NCBI GenBank assembly: GCA_030704615.1
Contig: CM060733.1
Coordinates: 63,550,001 to 63,614,000, forward strand
Source: Takakia lepidozioides
Taxonomy: Eukaryota > Plantae > Bryophyta
Length of the DNA: 64,000 bases
Reading direction: 5' to 3'
In this document: one piece after another, positions 24,901 to 35,866 of the stretch
Layout: the number at the start of each line of letters is the position of its first letter
How positions within the stretch are numbered: position 1 is the first letter of the stretch
Program-made: the position numbers and the translations under genes
Notes under the pieces: generated by a model
The model's input: the letters and a program-made list of their open reading frames with translations, nothing else
Database searches by the model: none
What the model was told of the DNA's origin: nothing

Positions 24901-27439
24901 CACTAGAATTCAGCTCGTCCTCACCAAAAGGCCCAATGGTATCATCCTGGTGAAGACCTTCACCCACCTGGGCATTGAAGTCACCCAATAAGCCCACCTG
25001 GCCTTTGGCGAGGAACTTAGCACAGTCCAGCTTTACATCTTCGAAGGCTTTATCTGCGTCAGCACTACGGGGCCCCTCTGTGGGCATGTAAACGCAACCC
25101 ACAAAGAGGTCCTTCCTACTCACGCCGCCCTTCAATTTCAGTTTCAGCCAGTTACTCTGCTCATACTGCAAATCCTTGTTGATGATTTCACAATTGTCAC
25201 ACAAGAAATCTCGGACAAAGAAGCTTCCCAAACCACCTATAACCATTGACATCTCCAACCAGTTTGTCTGAAATTTCCCATGTCTCTTGCCCTGCACAGA
25301 TATGACTACCATTTGCCTCAAGAACTTGTCCCACATCAAATTGTTTCCTTTGGTTAGTCCCCCGAGAAGTTGAAAGTGAAGCCAGCCTTTTGCATATGGA
25401 TTGTTTGCCATCTAGGTCCTACGATTGCTCCTGGACGACCAACCGGTCTGCACAGGGGGGTCAATTACCCCGAGTGTAGATTTTGATCGTCTTGTGTAAA
25501 CTTTGAGGATTGGCAAATCATTCAGAGTACCATATCCTTCAGTCACACGACGCTCGGACTCAGCACACATAGGGCCAGCTAGCCTGTCTGGCTGCTTGGA
25601 TCAAATCAACCTCATCCAGGGTTTCAAACCGGTTAGAAACTTTCAAATTGAAGTCCCCACCCTTGGCTGTCTTCCTAGAGCGCCTCATTGAGTCACCAAT
25701 GTCTAAGACCATTCTCCAGCCAGTCAAGGGACGAACTTCTTTGAAATTGATTTGATATGAGACTCTATTTGTAGCATTTTTAGACATTGAAACCTTCAAA
25801 GTACCTCTGTTATCAAGTCTCGAGATGGTGCCAGGTAGTTTTAAAGGACGCATCGTCTGCAATTCACCCCAAAAACTACACATGAAGCTCTAGATTTGGC
25901 ATAAGTAACCCATTCCCAGGAATCACCCTGAGGAGTGTTGTTGTCAACATGGCAGATGAAATTGTTTGTTTTCACAGGCTATAAGTTTAAGCACAAGGCC
26001 CAACCCTAGCCCAAGTGCGAGCATGCTAGACAGAGCATGCAACTGCCCATTTGGGCGAAGGGGCTGCCCCCAAGCGGTAGGGGTACGCTTGTTACCATCA
26101 TCACTCCAAAGGAGCTGCAGGGAATGGCCCGCGTAGACATATTCTTAAGAGGGAGAGGCCCCAAACTCTCCAACTAAATCCAATGTACTACCTTATACGA
26201 AGCAGAGTGCTTCAGGTTGAAACAAACAGAGACACAAGGCCAGGATTTAGTCACAGAGACCTTTATCTACTCCCACATCAAGTCCACCCAATGGCAATAG
26301 GCTTCCTAGAGGGCAGGGAGATACTAAAGAGAGAGAGAATGTACTCATAAGACGTTGTTTGCGGTCGCCTTGTGGCCATAGACCCCGTGCCCAGTTTGGG
26401 CGGAATTAAGGGAACGGATACTACCTTTATGAGGGAATATTAAAGAGAGATTGTACTCATAAGACGTTTGCCGTAGCCTTGTGGCCATTGACCGCGTGCC
26501 CAGTTTGAGCGGAACACAAAGGGACAGAAACTACCTTTGTCAGGGGCCGACGCCGGTAGTATGACTTACCTTGGAACAGACAATTGATCCGAGTTTTCCA
26601 GATATCCTCTAGAAATCCCTTTACACAAGCATCAATCTGCTGTGTGATTTGCCCAATAACTAGGCCCCAAAAGGGCCTGGGCTTTTGGCTCAGCCTCGAG
26701 ATTTTCGAAGTTGGTAAACAGAGGTACAGGCACAAATCCCTTGATGCCCACACAATGGGCATTTGCAATCCCCTTTCTTCTCTGCATCTGTTTGCTGTTC
26801 AAAGGTAGGCTTCCCGCACTAAGTTTAAATTTCAGTCTAGTGCCGAGAGTGGGTAAACCCTTGAGGTCATCCATGATGTCCTCCCCCATGTCAGAGACTG
26901 GAAACAAGTTCAGGGAAGTTTTCTGTCCAGCAGGGTCAAGACTTGCGGACTTAGATTCAGATCCTTGAGAATCTCTTCTACCCTCTTCCGCGAGGACTTA
27001 GCCTGTTTGACAGGGCCTGAGAGAGAGAATGTACTCATAAGACGTTGTTTGCCGTAGCCTTGTGGCCATTGACCCCGCGCCCAGTTTGAGCGGAACACAA
27101 AGGAACCTACCTCTGTCAGGGGCTGACATCAGTAGTAAGACTTACCGTGATATAATTTGCCCACACAACGGGCAAATGCACTCTCCCTTTCCTCTCTGCT
27201 TCTGTTTTCTGTTCAAAGGTAGGCTTCCTGCCGAGTTTAAATTCCACACCAGTGCCAAGAGTGGGTAGACCCTTCAGGTCATCCATGATGTCCTCCCCCA
27301 TGTCACAGACTGGAAACAAGTTTCAGGGAAGTTTTCTGCCTAACTTCATTTTCATCAAACAATTTCCTGGCAACAGACATGCCTGAGAGATTGTACTCAT
27401 AAGACGTTGTTTGCCGTAGCCTTGTGGCCATTGAAATGC

Positions 27440-27482
<43 letters not shown>

Positions 27483-30146
27483 CCAATGGGTTTGATACCT
27501 GTGGCCTCCTCACTCATGGAGGGAGCTAAAGGGTGTCACGGTGTATTCTTACCCTGTGAGGGATAAAGGATTTACTGATGACACATTCATTTTTCCCTCT
27601 CGACCAAAACACTGAAAGAAAAGCAGAAATTCCAAGCATCTCTTTAAGGTGCACATACCACAGATCCATCTGGACTCCGCAGCAGAGCCCCAGCCCCAGC
27701 TTGGCCTGGGTTGCATTTGGAAGCTCCGTCGTACTCTACTTGATACACACCCTCCTGGTCAGACCCACAATGAATCCAACACCTTCATGAGATGATTATA
27801 GCCAATATTTTGTGGAATAGACAAAGATATACCCTATGAGGAGTCATCTAAATAAAATGCAAAATTAACCTCCACATAACCTGGATGGCATCAGAGAGCA
27901 ATGTCCATAGGAATTGAACCCTTCCAAACACCTTGGTGTGCATTTACCTGCATCCTAGTTATCCTCCACCAGCTGCATATAAGACCACAAAATCTGCACA
28001 AATTGGCTATTGCACAGAGTTCTACTTTAGAACAAATGGAGAGGCCTCGCCAGTTAATCTGACCACTCCTTGAGTTGTGGCTAGCCATACCCTAGAATAG
28101 TAGGATTTCCCAGCCCTCTTAGCAGAGATGGAGCATATGCTACTTCAGACCTAGCCCAGTTTGACATTATGTGATAGAGAATATGATTCTTAATGCCATT
28201 TTCTTTCGAGGGGGGCAACAGGAACTTATTCAGATGCCTGCAAACCCCAGTAGTATCAATTCAATGCCTGAACATTTTGGTGTTGAAAAACCACACCATT
28301 CTCCTAGGCCTTTACACTCCTTGAAATAATCCACATTGGCAAAAACTACCTAGGGTACATTGTGTGTTGTACTGAAAATAATAAACATGAACTTCGAAGA
28401 AAAACTGGTTGTTAAAGGTCACCATCACTATGCTAGAATAGGAAGAGAGAAGAAACAAACAACTTATTATTCCCATGAAGGCTAGTGGGAAAAGGGAAGG
28501 AAACAGAAACTTTCAAGGAAGGCCGATCGGGCTCATGGGACAAGAATGCCCACAGAGAGAAAAAACCAAACAAAGGAAGAAAGGAAGAAAGAAAGAAAGT
28601 TTATTATGTTTGCGGGGGGAAGGGGGCAGGGGGCATAGAATCACAAGAGAGGGAAGCGGGTAAAAAGAATGAAACATGACAACATGCACAGGAAGTGAGA
28701 GAAAAAGAGCAGGTACATCTCTATTGAGAGTGAAGGCTGCACTTTTGGGTTGAGCACTTGAACTTTCTTTTCACCATAAGGAGAGATTGAGGGCGTTTGG
28801 ACTTGTCACACTTTTCCACTTTTCCACATGATTAGCTCTGCTGAACTACCGGCTAAATGTTGTTCTGCTTCAGAGGGTGATCCAATGAGAGAAAAAGAGA
28901 GGGGAAAAGAGACCTCAGTTGTGGGTAAAGGCAACGCTTCTGGAGCCATTGTTGAGGGCTGGCGGCTTGGTTCCACTATAGGTGGGGCTGGAGGGCCTTC
29001 AGACTTTGTTGCTTTGAGGTTGGAATTTCCGACTGTTACCACAGGTGGGTCTGACAGATTACCAGTCAAATACTGTTCTGCTTCACTGTGTGATCCAAAG
29101 CTTTTGTGTAGGCTTCCTTTATACCCTGTCACCTGCTTCCCTCCCATATCCAGCCATTAGAGCTGTGCTCACTGGCTACTTTAGCTGTGACAGACTGTGA
29201 GTGTGTTGCCCTGACATTTATGACCTTCCTGGGGGTGGTAAATTTTCACCCACAAGGATGCGTGCAAATCGCCATAGCACTTGGGGGAAACCGATAAAAG
29301 TGGGGTTACAGGGAGTGTAGGTTAAGAGCTGGCATAATCATACAAGAAACCAGGATGTTGGTGCCAGCACTGCTACTGCACCCTGCTACCTTAACACGTA
29401 AGTGAGACATCACCAAGCGTCAGAGAGGGAGAAAGTGTCCAAAGTTCCACAAATGGGATGTCCAAAACACTATATATAGAACGCAACTCTGAAATGGCTG
29501 AGATCCCTGCTAAGAATCCAGACTCTAAAACCCTGCACCCTTCCACCAAACCCCATTCCGCGACTACACATCGCCCACCAATCCTACACTCAGCTGCATG
29601 TTTGGCAAATTCGCCAACCAAATATTCTTACATTGTCACCTCCATGGCAATAATTTTACACTGAGAAAACTTATATCGTTCTTCTACAACCGTATGGAAA
29701 TTCTTTGCGACTCAAACTGAGTTCACAGAATATGTGAAAGGCTTGGCATGTTTCTTCTGAACAAGCAAACAAACAAACAAACAAAACACACAGAAAACAA
29801 AGCAAGAGATGAAACAAATATAGAGACAAAGAAAGATAACGCCCAAAGAAAGGTGGAAATAGGCTAAAAAGGAATCTTTCCTCAGTTACAAACTTGCCAA
29901 CAAGTTAGCAAGCTTTAAGGTAATCTGGCGACTACCACTTCTAGCCACCTCAAGTGAATAATAGCCTTCATAGCTTGGTCATCTCTCTACTTTACCTGAC
30001 CTAGTGAATGAAGGGAGACAATGCAATCTCACAATTGACCAATGCACGAGTAGTGAGACGACCTGATTCTGGCAATCTGTCCATGTTCTATAGATTCCCG
30101 GGATGCGACCTTTCTTCACTGCATAGTACTTTAGCTTCGATGCCAT
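18962..30146 (-). CDS. RNH1: RNase H1 (N-terminal hybrid-binding/caulimovirus viroplasmin domain plus RNase HI domain); exons 30146-30063, 29132-28914, 27754-27659, 23740-23597, 19910-19803, 19417-19366, 19257-18962 (last exon tentative)
   Basis: All introns GT-AG with compatible phases: YYAVKKGRIPGIYRTWTDCQNQ/VTGYKGSLHKSF; VEYDGASKCNPGQAGAGALLR; TNNVAEYRALLLGL..VQGDSNLVCQQ; WKV..HIDR/ELNSDADALAN. Catalytic D-E-D-D intact; about 330 aa. Confidence 0.88.
21080..21400 (-). mobile_element. LINE C-terminal fragment (second RTEX-like family)
   Basis: LGQFRVGSYNLRIDTGRW...RLCPAC...ETEEHFFFYCPLY zinc motif. Confidence 0.75.
21515..21680 (-). pseudogene. Isolated PPR L-S fragment inside an RNH1 intron
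   Basis: FVCICNACTSLAALEKGKEVHADIVK...ILNTALVDMYVKFGCIEDAK; same family as the arrays. Confidence 0.8.
21900..23348 (-). mobile_element. 5'-truncated RTE/RTEX-like LINE (RT C-terminal half, zinc motif, duplicated 3' terminus)
   Basis: ALMFADDFAG, YTYLGVEF, IRPALEYASAVW, CPLCGQPEDNIHFLIHC; terminus GCAAACAACGTCTTATGAGTACA plus TC-rich tail, present twice. Confidence 0.9.
24530..25900 (-). mobile_element. LINE 5' part with AP-endonuclease domain
   Basis: GGLGSFFVR, LFVGCVYMP, GLLGDFNAQVG, LNSSGRRL, IxDYII motifs; RT absent. Confidence 0.8.
26330..27478 (-). mobile_element. Head-to-tail stack of four or more LINE 3' ends, with (GA)n at about 27442-27478
   Basis: Terminus gtactcataagacg recurs at about 26341, 26452, 27031 and 27393, each next to a gaga tract. 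Confidence 0.85.
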
Positions 30147-31449
30147 AGGGTTACGCTTTGTTGGCACTAGACAGGTACAAACACAGAGAAACAGACTGAA
30201 ACCAAGGAGATTTCATCAAAACAAGAAACCTACGATGTTATGCATTGGTCAGGGCCACCGTCGACAGGAAGCAGGGGAGCGCAGGGTTTCGCATACCGGC
30301 GAGCGGAATCTGGATGGATGAAAAAGTACAGAAATGAAACGAACGAGCGGCTCGTCGCTAATGGCTCCAATAGGTGTGACCTAACCCTTATTATTATTAT
30401 TACCATTTCAACTGTGAAGCCAGATTCCCGCTCTACTTGGTGGTCCACCTCATCTACGATGGTGAGCTGAAAGTCGGTAAAGCTAGCTAGCCATGTAGGT
30501 AGGATCTTCTGCAGAGGTATAAGATTGGAAGAGGGTGCCCTGTCAAGTCCTTTCTCACTTGCCTTCATCACTGTGCACTACCACTACTGCAGCGGAAGAG
30601 AAAGTAGTATTAATCTGTGATTGTCATTCCTTCTGTTTATTACTTCTCTAGGCCTTGTGTCGTATCCTTATTGAGTAACAAGTCCTCCATTGGAAATAGA
30701 AGCTATGCACTGTCAGCAGAAGTTCCCATCTTGCTGAGTATCTTCGGTAAACACTCATGGCAATATCTAAATTGACATGCCTCTCGATTGACTTCTCGCT
30801 TTGATGCTTGAACATTGGAACTATATTATACTTTTGTGTTGCCTTGACTCTCAAGTTCTAACCCTTTGACATTCCTGAAGCTAAGCACATCAACAGTGTG
30901 CTATTTGCAGTCAGATTATTTCGATTGTTACATCATTCCTGTAAACTGGGCATCCCACACACCATAATGATTCTGGTCTAAGTTCTTGCTTCACCAACAA
31001 CTCACTTCCCTCTCTCTGTACCATCACACCAGCACACATGCTCTCTCTCACACTTGCATCGTACCATCAGCCACTTTACTACAGCAAGAAGAGAGAGAGT
31101 TTTTTTTCACATCGAGAGCTGATAAACTAGTGCCAGCCCCTCATACTTGTGCTGTTTGGCGCGCAGCTTAACTGGCTATGGCTAAGTCCCACTTTATTAC
31201 ATAGTCAAAATCCTATAAATTAGCTAAAACAAAGGTCGGTGGGTATTATCCCCCTTTCCTTCCTTTGCTAAAATACAAATTTCCAACTTTTTCTTTTTCT
31301 TTTTTTTGTGGGTTAACAGGGGGATTGTATCCCTGGTTAACTTTATTATTTATTGTATTGGGACAAAGCCCTTACAAATTATTTGGGATTATTCTGGGGA
31401 AAAAAAATTAAAACCCCTTACTCACCATAAGGCAAACACACCGTAATCA

Positions 31450-31935
31450 GTGTAAATGATCTTTCATCCTATAGAGGCGGATTACCTACAACACCTGCCA
31501 GGGATCAATTCACGAGAAGATCACTTCAATACTACGAGCCTGTTTGGAACATATGTGTCGATAGAAGACCGACCAAGACAGCAGGGAGATGAGGAAGAAC
31601 TGAAGTTAAGGCCTTTGACTTTTAGAACACAGACTGAGCTCTACTTGTAATGGAGCCTAGAGGCTTTCGCTGATGGCTTCAGATGTTTCCAATTCACTTC
31701 GTGCTCAAACTCAGGGGACAGTGTGCAAGGGGTTATGGCACGCACATGCTCAGGGTGCCAAAAGCTCGCATCTGCATTTTTGCGTAGCACATAGGTGTCG
31801 TCGTCTGCCCCCCACTTCTGATAGCGTTTATCAGCCACAGCCGTGTCACCTTGGCCAAATGAAGTGCGTCATGCATCAGTGAAGCGCTTCTTCACTTCAT
31901 GAAGAGACCGAGAACAACAAAGGATGTAAAATTCC
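31450..31935 (-). other. Degenerate coding fragment, probably TE-derived, joined to the truncated DNMT
   Basis: FYILCCSRSLHEVKKRFTDA*...GDTAVADKRYQKWG..YVL reads as protein but family not identified. Confidence 0.3.
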
Positions 31936-31937
31936 AC

Positions 31938-32790
31938 ATTAGGTTCCACTAACTGCTGCAACTGAGCATCCCACAGGAGGCCAGGTCCACTATCCCAGAA
32001 AGCATGCGATCCTGGGAAGCTGAGCAGTGTAGGTAGTGCTGCTTGTGGTTGATCCACCTTGTTGACCACTGCCAAAGGCGATCGGTCATCGTGTCTCACA
32101 CGCTGAGACTGCCTCACTGTGTCCAAAATGCTATCCACTGTGAGGTGTGTTGGCCGCTGCACCCCATCAAATGCACGCTTGAGCAGTGCGGGTGGCATCA
32201 AATTAGTCCACCATAGCCGTGGACGATGAGCCCATGACCCCACTGTAGCTGCATCCAGCAACACTGCTGACCCAATCCACGACCGGACTTGATGCACACT
32301 GACCATCACCTTGGCCCGAGAATTGCCCATCAATGACACATTCTCCAAGATGTATGCTGGAGATACAGCTTGATGAAGCTGTAAGTGGCGCAAAACCCAC
32401 ACCATCTCCCAAAACAGACCCAACCTCGAGTCTCACAATCCATTGCCATGCCCGGCTGATGAATGCCCTTAGCAGGGCCAACCTCCCACTACCAAATCAA
32501 TGGAGCCAACCCGTTCCAAATCCTGCGCCCCCAGCAACGAAATATCTGCTGACAAGGCCTGCTGATATCCACGAATTGTAGACACCGGCAACAACTAAGG
32601 GTACTGCTGCACCAACTGAGCAACATGACAGAGTGAGACGCGTTGTGCGGTCTCATCCCTCTCCACATACAAGTAACGCCGTACTCATACACATGCCTGT
32701 AGAACAACAGCCAACCCGATGCTGATCCCGCCAAACAAGTCCAAAAGGCAAATGCATTCATCCGGACACTGCCACACGATCAGTGTGGTA
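31938..32790 (-). pseudogene. Retrotransposon-encoded C5 cytosine DNA methyltransferase domain (motifs I-VIII, 3' truncated)
   Basis: One frame: LLDLFGGISIGL (I), YLYVERDE (II), ADI (III), IDLVVGGWPC*GHSSAG (IV), DSRLGLF (V), YILENV (VI), GSWAHRPRLWWTN (VIII); four internal stops. Confidence 0.9.
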
Positions 32791-32921
32791 TCCAATGGTG
32801 ACAACTGAGGTGGTCTTGGTGCAATCCCCGCACTGTCCTCCTCTCCTGACGGTACAAAAGCCTCTACCCAGGTTTGTTGCACACAACAATCAGCAACCCG
32901 CTGCAAATCCTTGCTCGAGCG

Positions 32922-33566
32922 TCACAATGGAGTGTGAGCAACCATGGCAGGCAACTCCGCCATACCATACATGTCATCCTGCTCTCCCAGAGGTGACACA
33001 TCCTCTGAATGAGTGTTGTCATCCAACAACTCTCCAGGCCAAGTCACTGCAGCTGTGAATGCTGCCAGTGTTGGCATCTTGCCTCGCTGGGCAACCGCAA
33101 CTCCTCCTATGAACATCACAGGGAGCTGCACACGCCGGCCCTCCCCTGACTGCCATCCAGGCCTATAGGAAGCTGACTCCTCCCAAAAATCCAGGGTGAA
33201 GCCCATAGGGTACAACACTGCCCCACCAACAAGGACATCGTACGAGGCCGCGTCTGTCACAATGGCCTTGGCTCTCATCACTGAGCCATCTGTAGGATGA
33301 TCCGGCTGTAGTCGAATAGCCAACTCACGCCGTATCATGCCTCGAGCTTGCTCTGATCCTCCCAGAGATGTCTGTATCTGGAAAGGGCACGGCTCCATAT
33401 CTGCCTCTGTAAGGCCCAAGCCTGCAATAGCAGCTCTGCCCAGCATCAATGGCTGAGCTCCCGAGTCCAACAAGACTTGCAGTGGCCGGTACCTCTTGCA
33501 TGTCGGTCCACTCAAACAGAAAATGTCATCCTGGTTGTCTAACATGACAACTCCAGGTGTCACCAT
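32922..33566 (-). pseudogene. Retropepsin-like aspartic protease of the DNMT-carrying element
   Basis: VLLDSGAQPLMLG...YDVLVG; same frame as the DNMT, separated by one TGA. Confidence 0.85.
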
Positions 33567-34559
33567 GGCGCGCTCAATGGCTGGCCTAGCTGGCAGCTGC
33601 AGCTTGTCATGGCGCCGTCATGGCAGTCTTGACCCTCACATCCGAGGATCCCTCTGGCACTACACCTCCCACTATCTCCGCAGAAGATGAAGTAACCTCC
33701 CCACTCTCACAGAGTATAGCTGCCAACCTGAACACCTCAGTTGGTCTTACCCCCGGCGTCGCAATCATGGTAGCCGAGAACAGTGGAGTCTGGCACACAG
33801 ATGTGGCCGCCCCAGCAGCACACTAGCTGCCGTAACCTTGGCAACACTAGGTAGTGGTGCTGCCCGTGTAGCTCTCCCCAATGGCATAGTAACCTCCGCC
33901 TCGATAACAGTCGGGCGAGATCTAGGTGCCATGGATGGCATCGACACTGTCTCCGCCAATGTTAATGACTGAGGAAGCCTGGCTTGACGGCTTGCCTCCC
34001 CACGCTGTGGATCCAACTCCACCTCCGCACCCCGTGCTCAGGAACTCGTGCTGCTCCTCGAGTCACTACCGCAGCCGACTCCACTTGCACTAGTGGTAGT
34101 GCTGCCCCGCACATAGTGGTAGTGGTAGTGGTGCCCGGCACTAGTGGTAGTGGTGCCCCACCCACAGTGGTAGTGGTAATGGCACCCCTCACTAGTGGTA
34201 GTGTTGCCCCGCACATGAATCCCATTCCTCCCATGTCTCCTCCCTCAGGAGCAAGAGGTGGACCATCTGGCCTTAGAGCCGGTACCACCTGAGCTGTGGC
34301 CATGGCAGCGAGCCTCTACTCTAGCTGCTGAAGCTGGTTGGCCATGCCTTGGTCACCACCCTGACCTCCGCGACCTTGGCCATGTTGAGCCTACACCTCG
34401 TCCTCTCTGGGCTGCTCCACCTCGCCCCCGGCCACTATTGTTCCATTGGAACTGGCCTGGGCGCAACTCATGATGCAAACCATAGCACTGGGCCTCTCCA
34501 TCCTCTCATGTACCCCCATGACAGTGCTATCAGTCCCTTCAAATTGGATCAGTGTGGCA

Positions 34560-35866
34560 CGAGCAGTTCCTGCACTCAGCGTACTTGCCACAATGCCCAC
34601 ACTGCATCTGTGCAGGCTATGTCAGTGCCAAACCATTGCCTCCCTCTGGGCAATCCTTCTTGACATGGGGTCCCCCACATGTCCAGGACACCACATCCGC
34701 CCGTTGTTGGCTAGCAAATGAAGGGAGAGACCCCTGCATCTGAGGCCCTCTCTGCCCTTCCCTGGGCTTCACCTAAGCCCCCTTGTTGCCTTAAGCACGT
34801 TGAGGTAGTGGCTGGTTAGGAGCACCACTACCCCGTGGTGCCTCCTTAGCAAATCCCACCATGACCACTCGTTCCTCCACCATGTTGAGCTCTATCCGCT
34901 CTGCCAGCAAAAACATATTTGCTAATGTGGGTTGGGCCGCTTGTAGGAGAGTTGTATCCCACACCCTTCTCCTCAGCTCCTTGTCCAATATCCCGTACCA
35001 GAACTGGAGTGTCTGAGCCTCCGTAACCCCTTGGGTTATATTAATCAAGCGCCTCATGCGAGTAAAAGCCTCCCTCAAGCTCTCAGTAGGCTTCCGTTGG
35101 AACTCTTGCAAGCTCCTCAACTTCTCTGTCCTCACCCCTTGGTAGTTCCTTCTCAACTCTTCGAAGAACTCCACAACAAGGTTGAAGGCAGGCACCGCCA
35201 CTGGTGCTGGGGCAGCAGTAGTTTGGGTGGACGTCGTAGTTGCTGTACCACTAGTTTCACTATTGCTCGTGGAAGCTGCTGTTGTAGCTGCTGTTGTAGC
35301 TGCTGCTGCTGGTGCAACTGCCGGTGTGGCTGCTGCTCTTGTGCCTCTAGTGATGGAGACATAGTCGGGTGACCAGTACATCCTCCACTCCTCGATCTCA
35401 ATATCGTGCCCCCGCCTAAACTCATGGTAATCATCCATGGGCGGCCCCTCAAGGTGCTGAAAAAGCCCTTTCCATGCCATAAAAGGCGTAAACAGTTGCG
35501 CATTTGCTGCAAGTCACACCAACTATCAAACTCTTGGATAAAATCATCCAACTCAATGGTGCCCACCGCCCCAGAGTACCTTCGTGGCCCCTTGGTGGCT
35601 CCATACATCTCCTCCATTGTGTCCCACAACAATGGCAAGGAAACAACTTGCACCACCGATGTGAGTCCTCCTGATGCACAATCCGAATCAGAACCTTCCG
35701 TAGAAGACACAGGAGGTGAAGGTGGCCTAAACCGCACACCTTGTCTCGTATACCCGCTAGTATCGCTAGTGCTCGTACCGGCACTTTCCCCAGCAACTAC
35801 TGGCACCTCCGTGTTGACAAACTGGCACTCAACCGGCCATGAACCTGTCTCTAACCCCCTCTCCAC
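34560..35866 (-). pseudogene. Gag and zinc knuckle(s) of the DNMT-carrying element
   Basis: RRYSG..IELDDFIQEFDSWC, FQRKPTESLREAFTRMRRL, FWYGILDKELRRRV; knuckle remnants WTCGGPHVKKDC (about 34650-34690) and CGHCGK; frameshifted. Confidence 0.8.

Noticed and set aside
21900-25900. One full-length LINE spanning EN to RT
   Set aside because: An RNH1 exon (23740-23597) lies between the two parts and the RT N-terminal half is missing; these are separate fragments.
28717-28913. Longer RNH1 exon 2 including the duplicated GSPSEAEQHLAG
   Set aside because: In-frame TGA at 28806, and the downstream donor gives the wrong phase.
18962-30146. RNase H as a retroelement or caulimovirus domain
   Set aside because: It has spliceosomal introns with matched phases and host RNH1 architecture.
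31938-35866. DIRS element with an adenine methylase
   Set aside because: The motifs are C5-type (PC, ENV), an aspartic protease is present and no tyrosine recombinase is seen.
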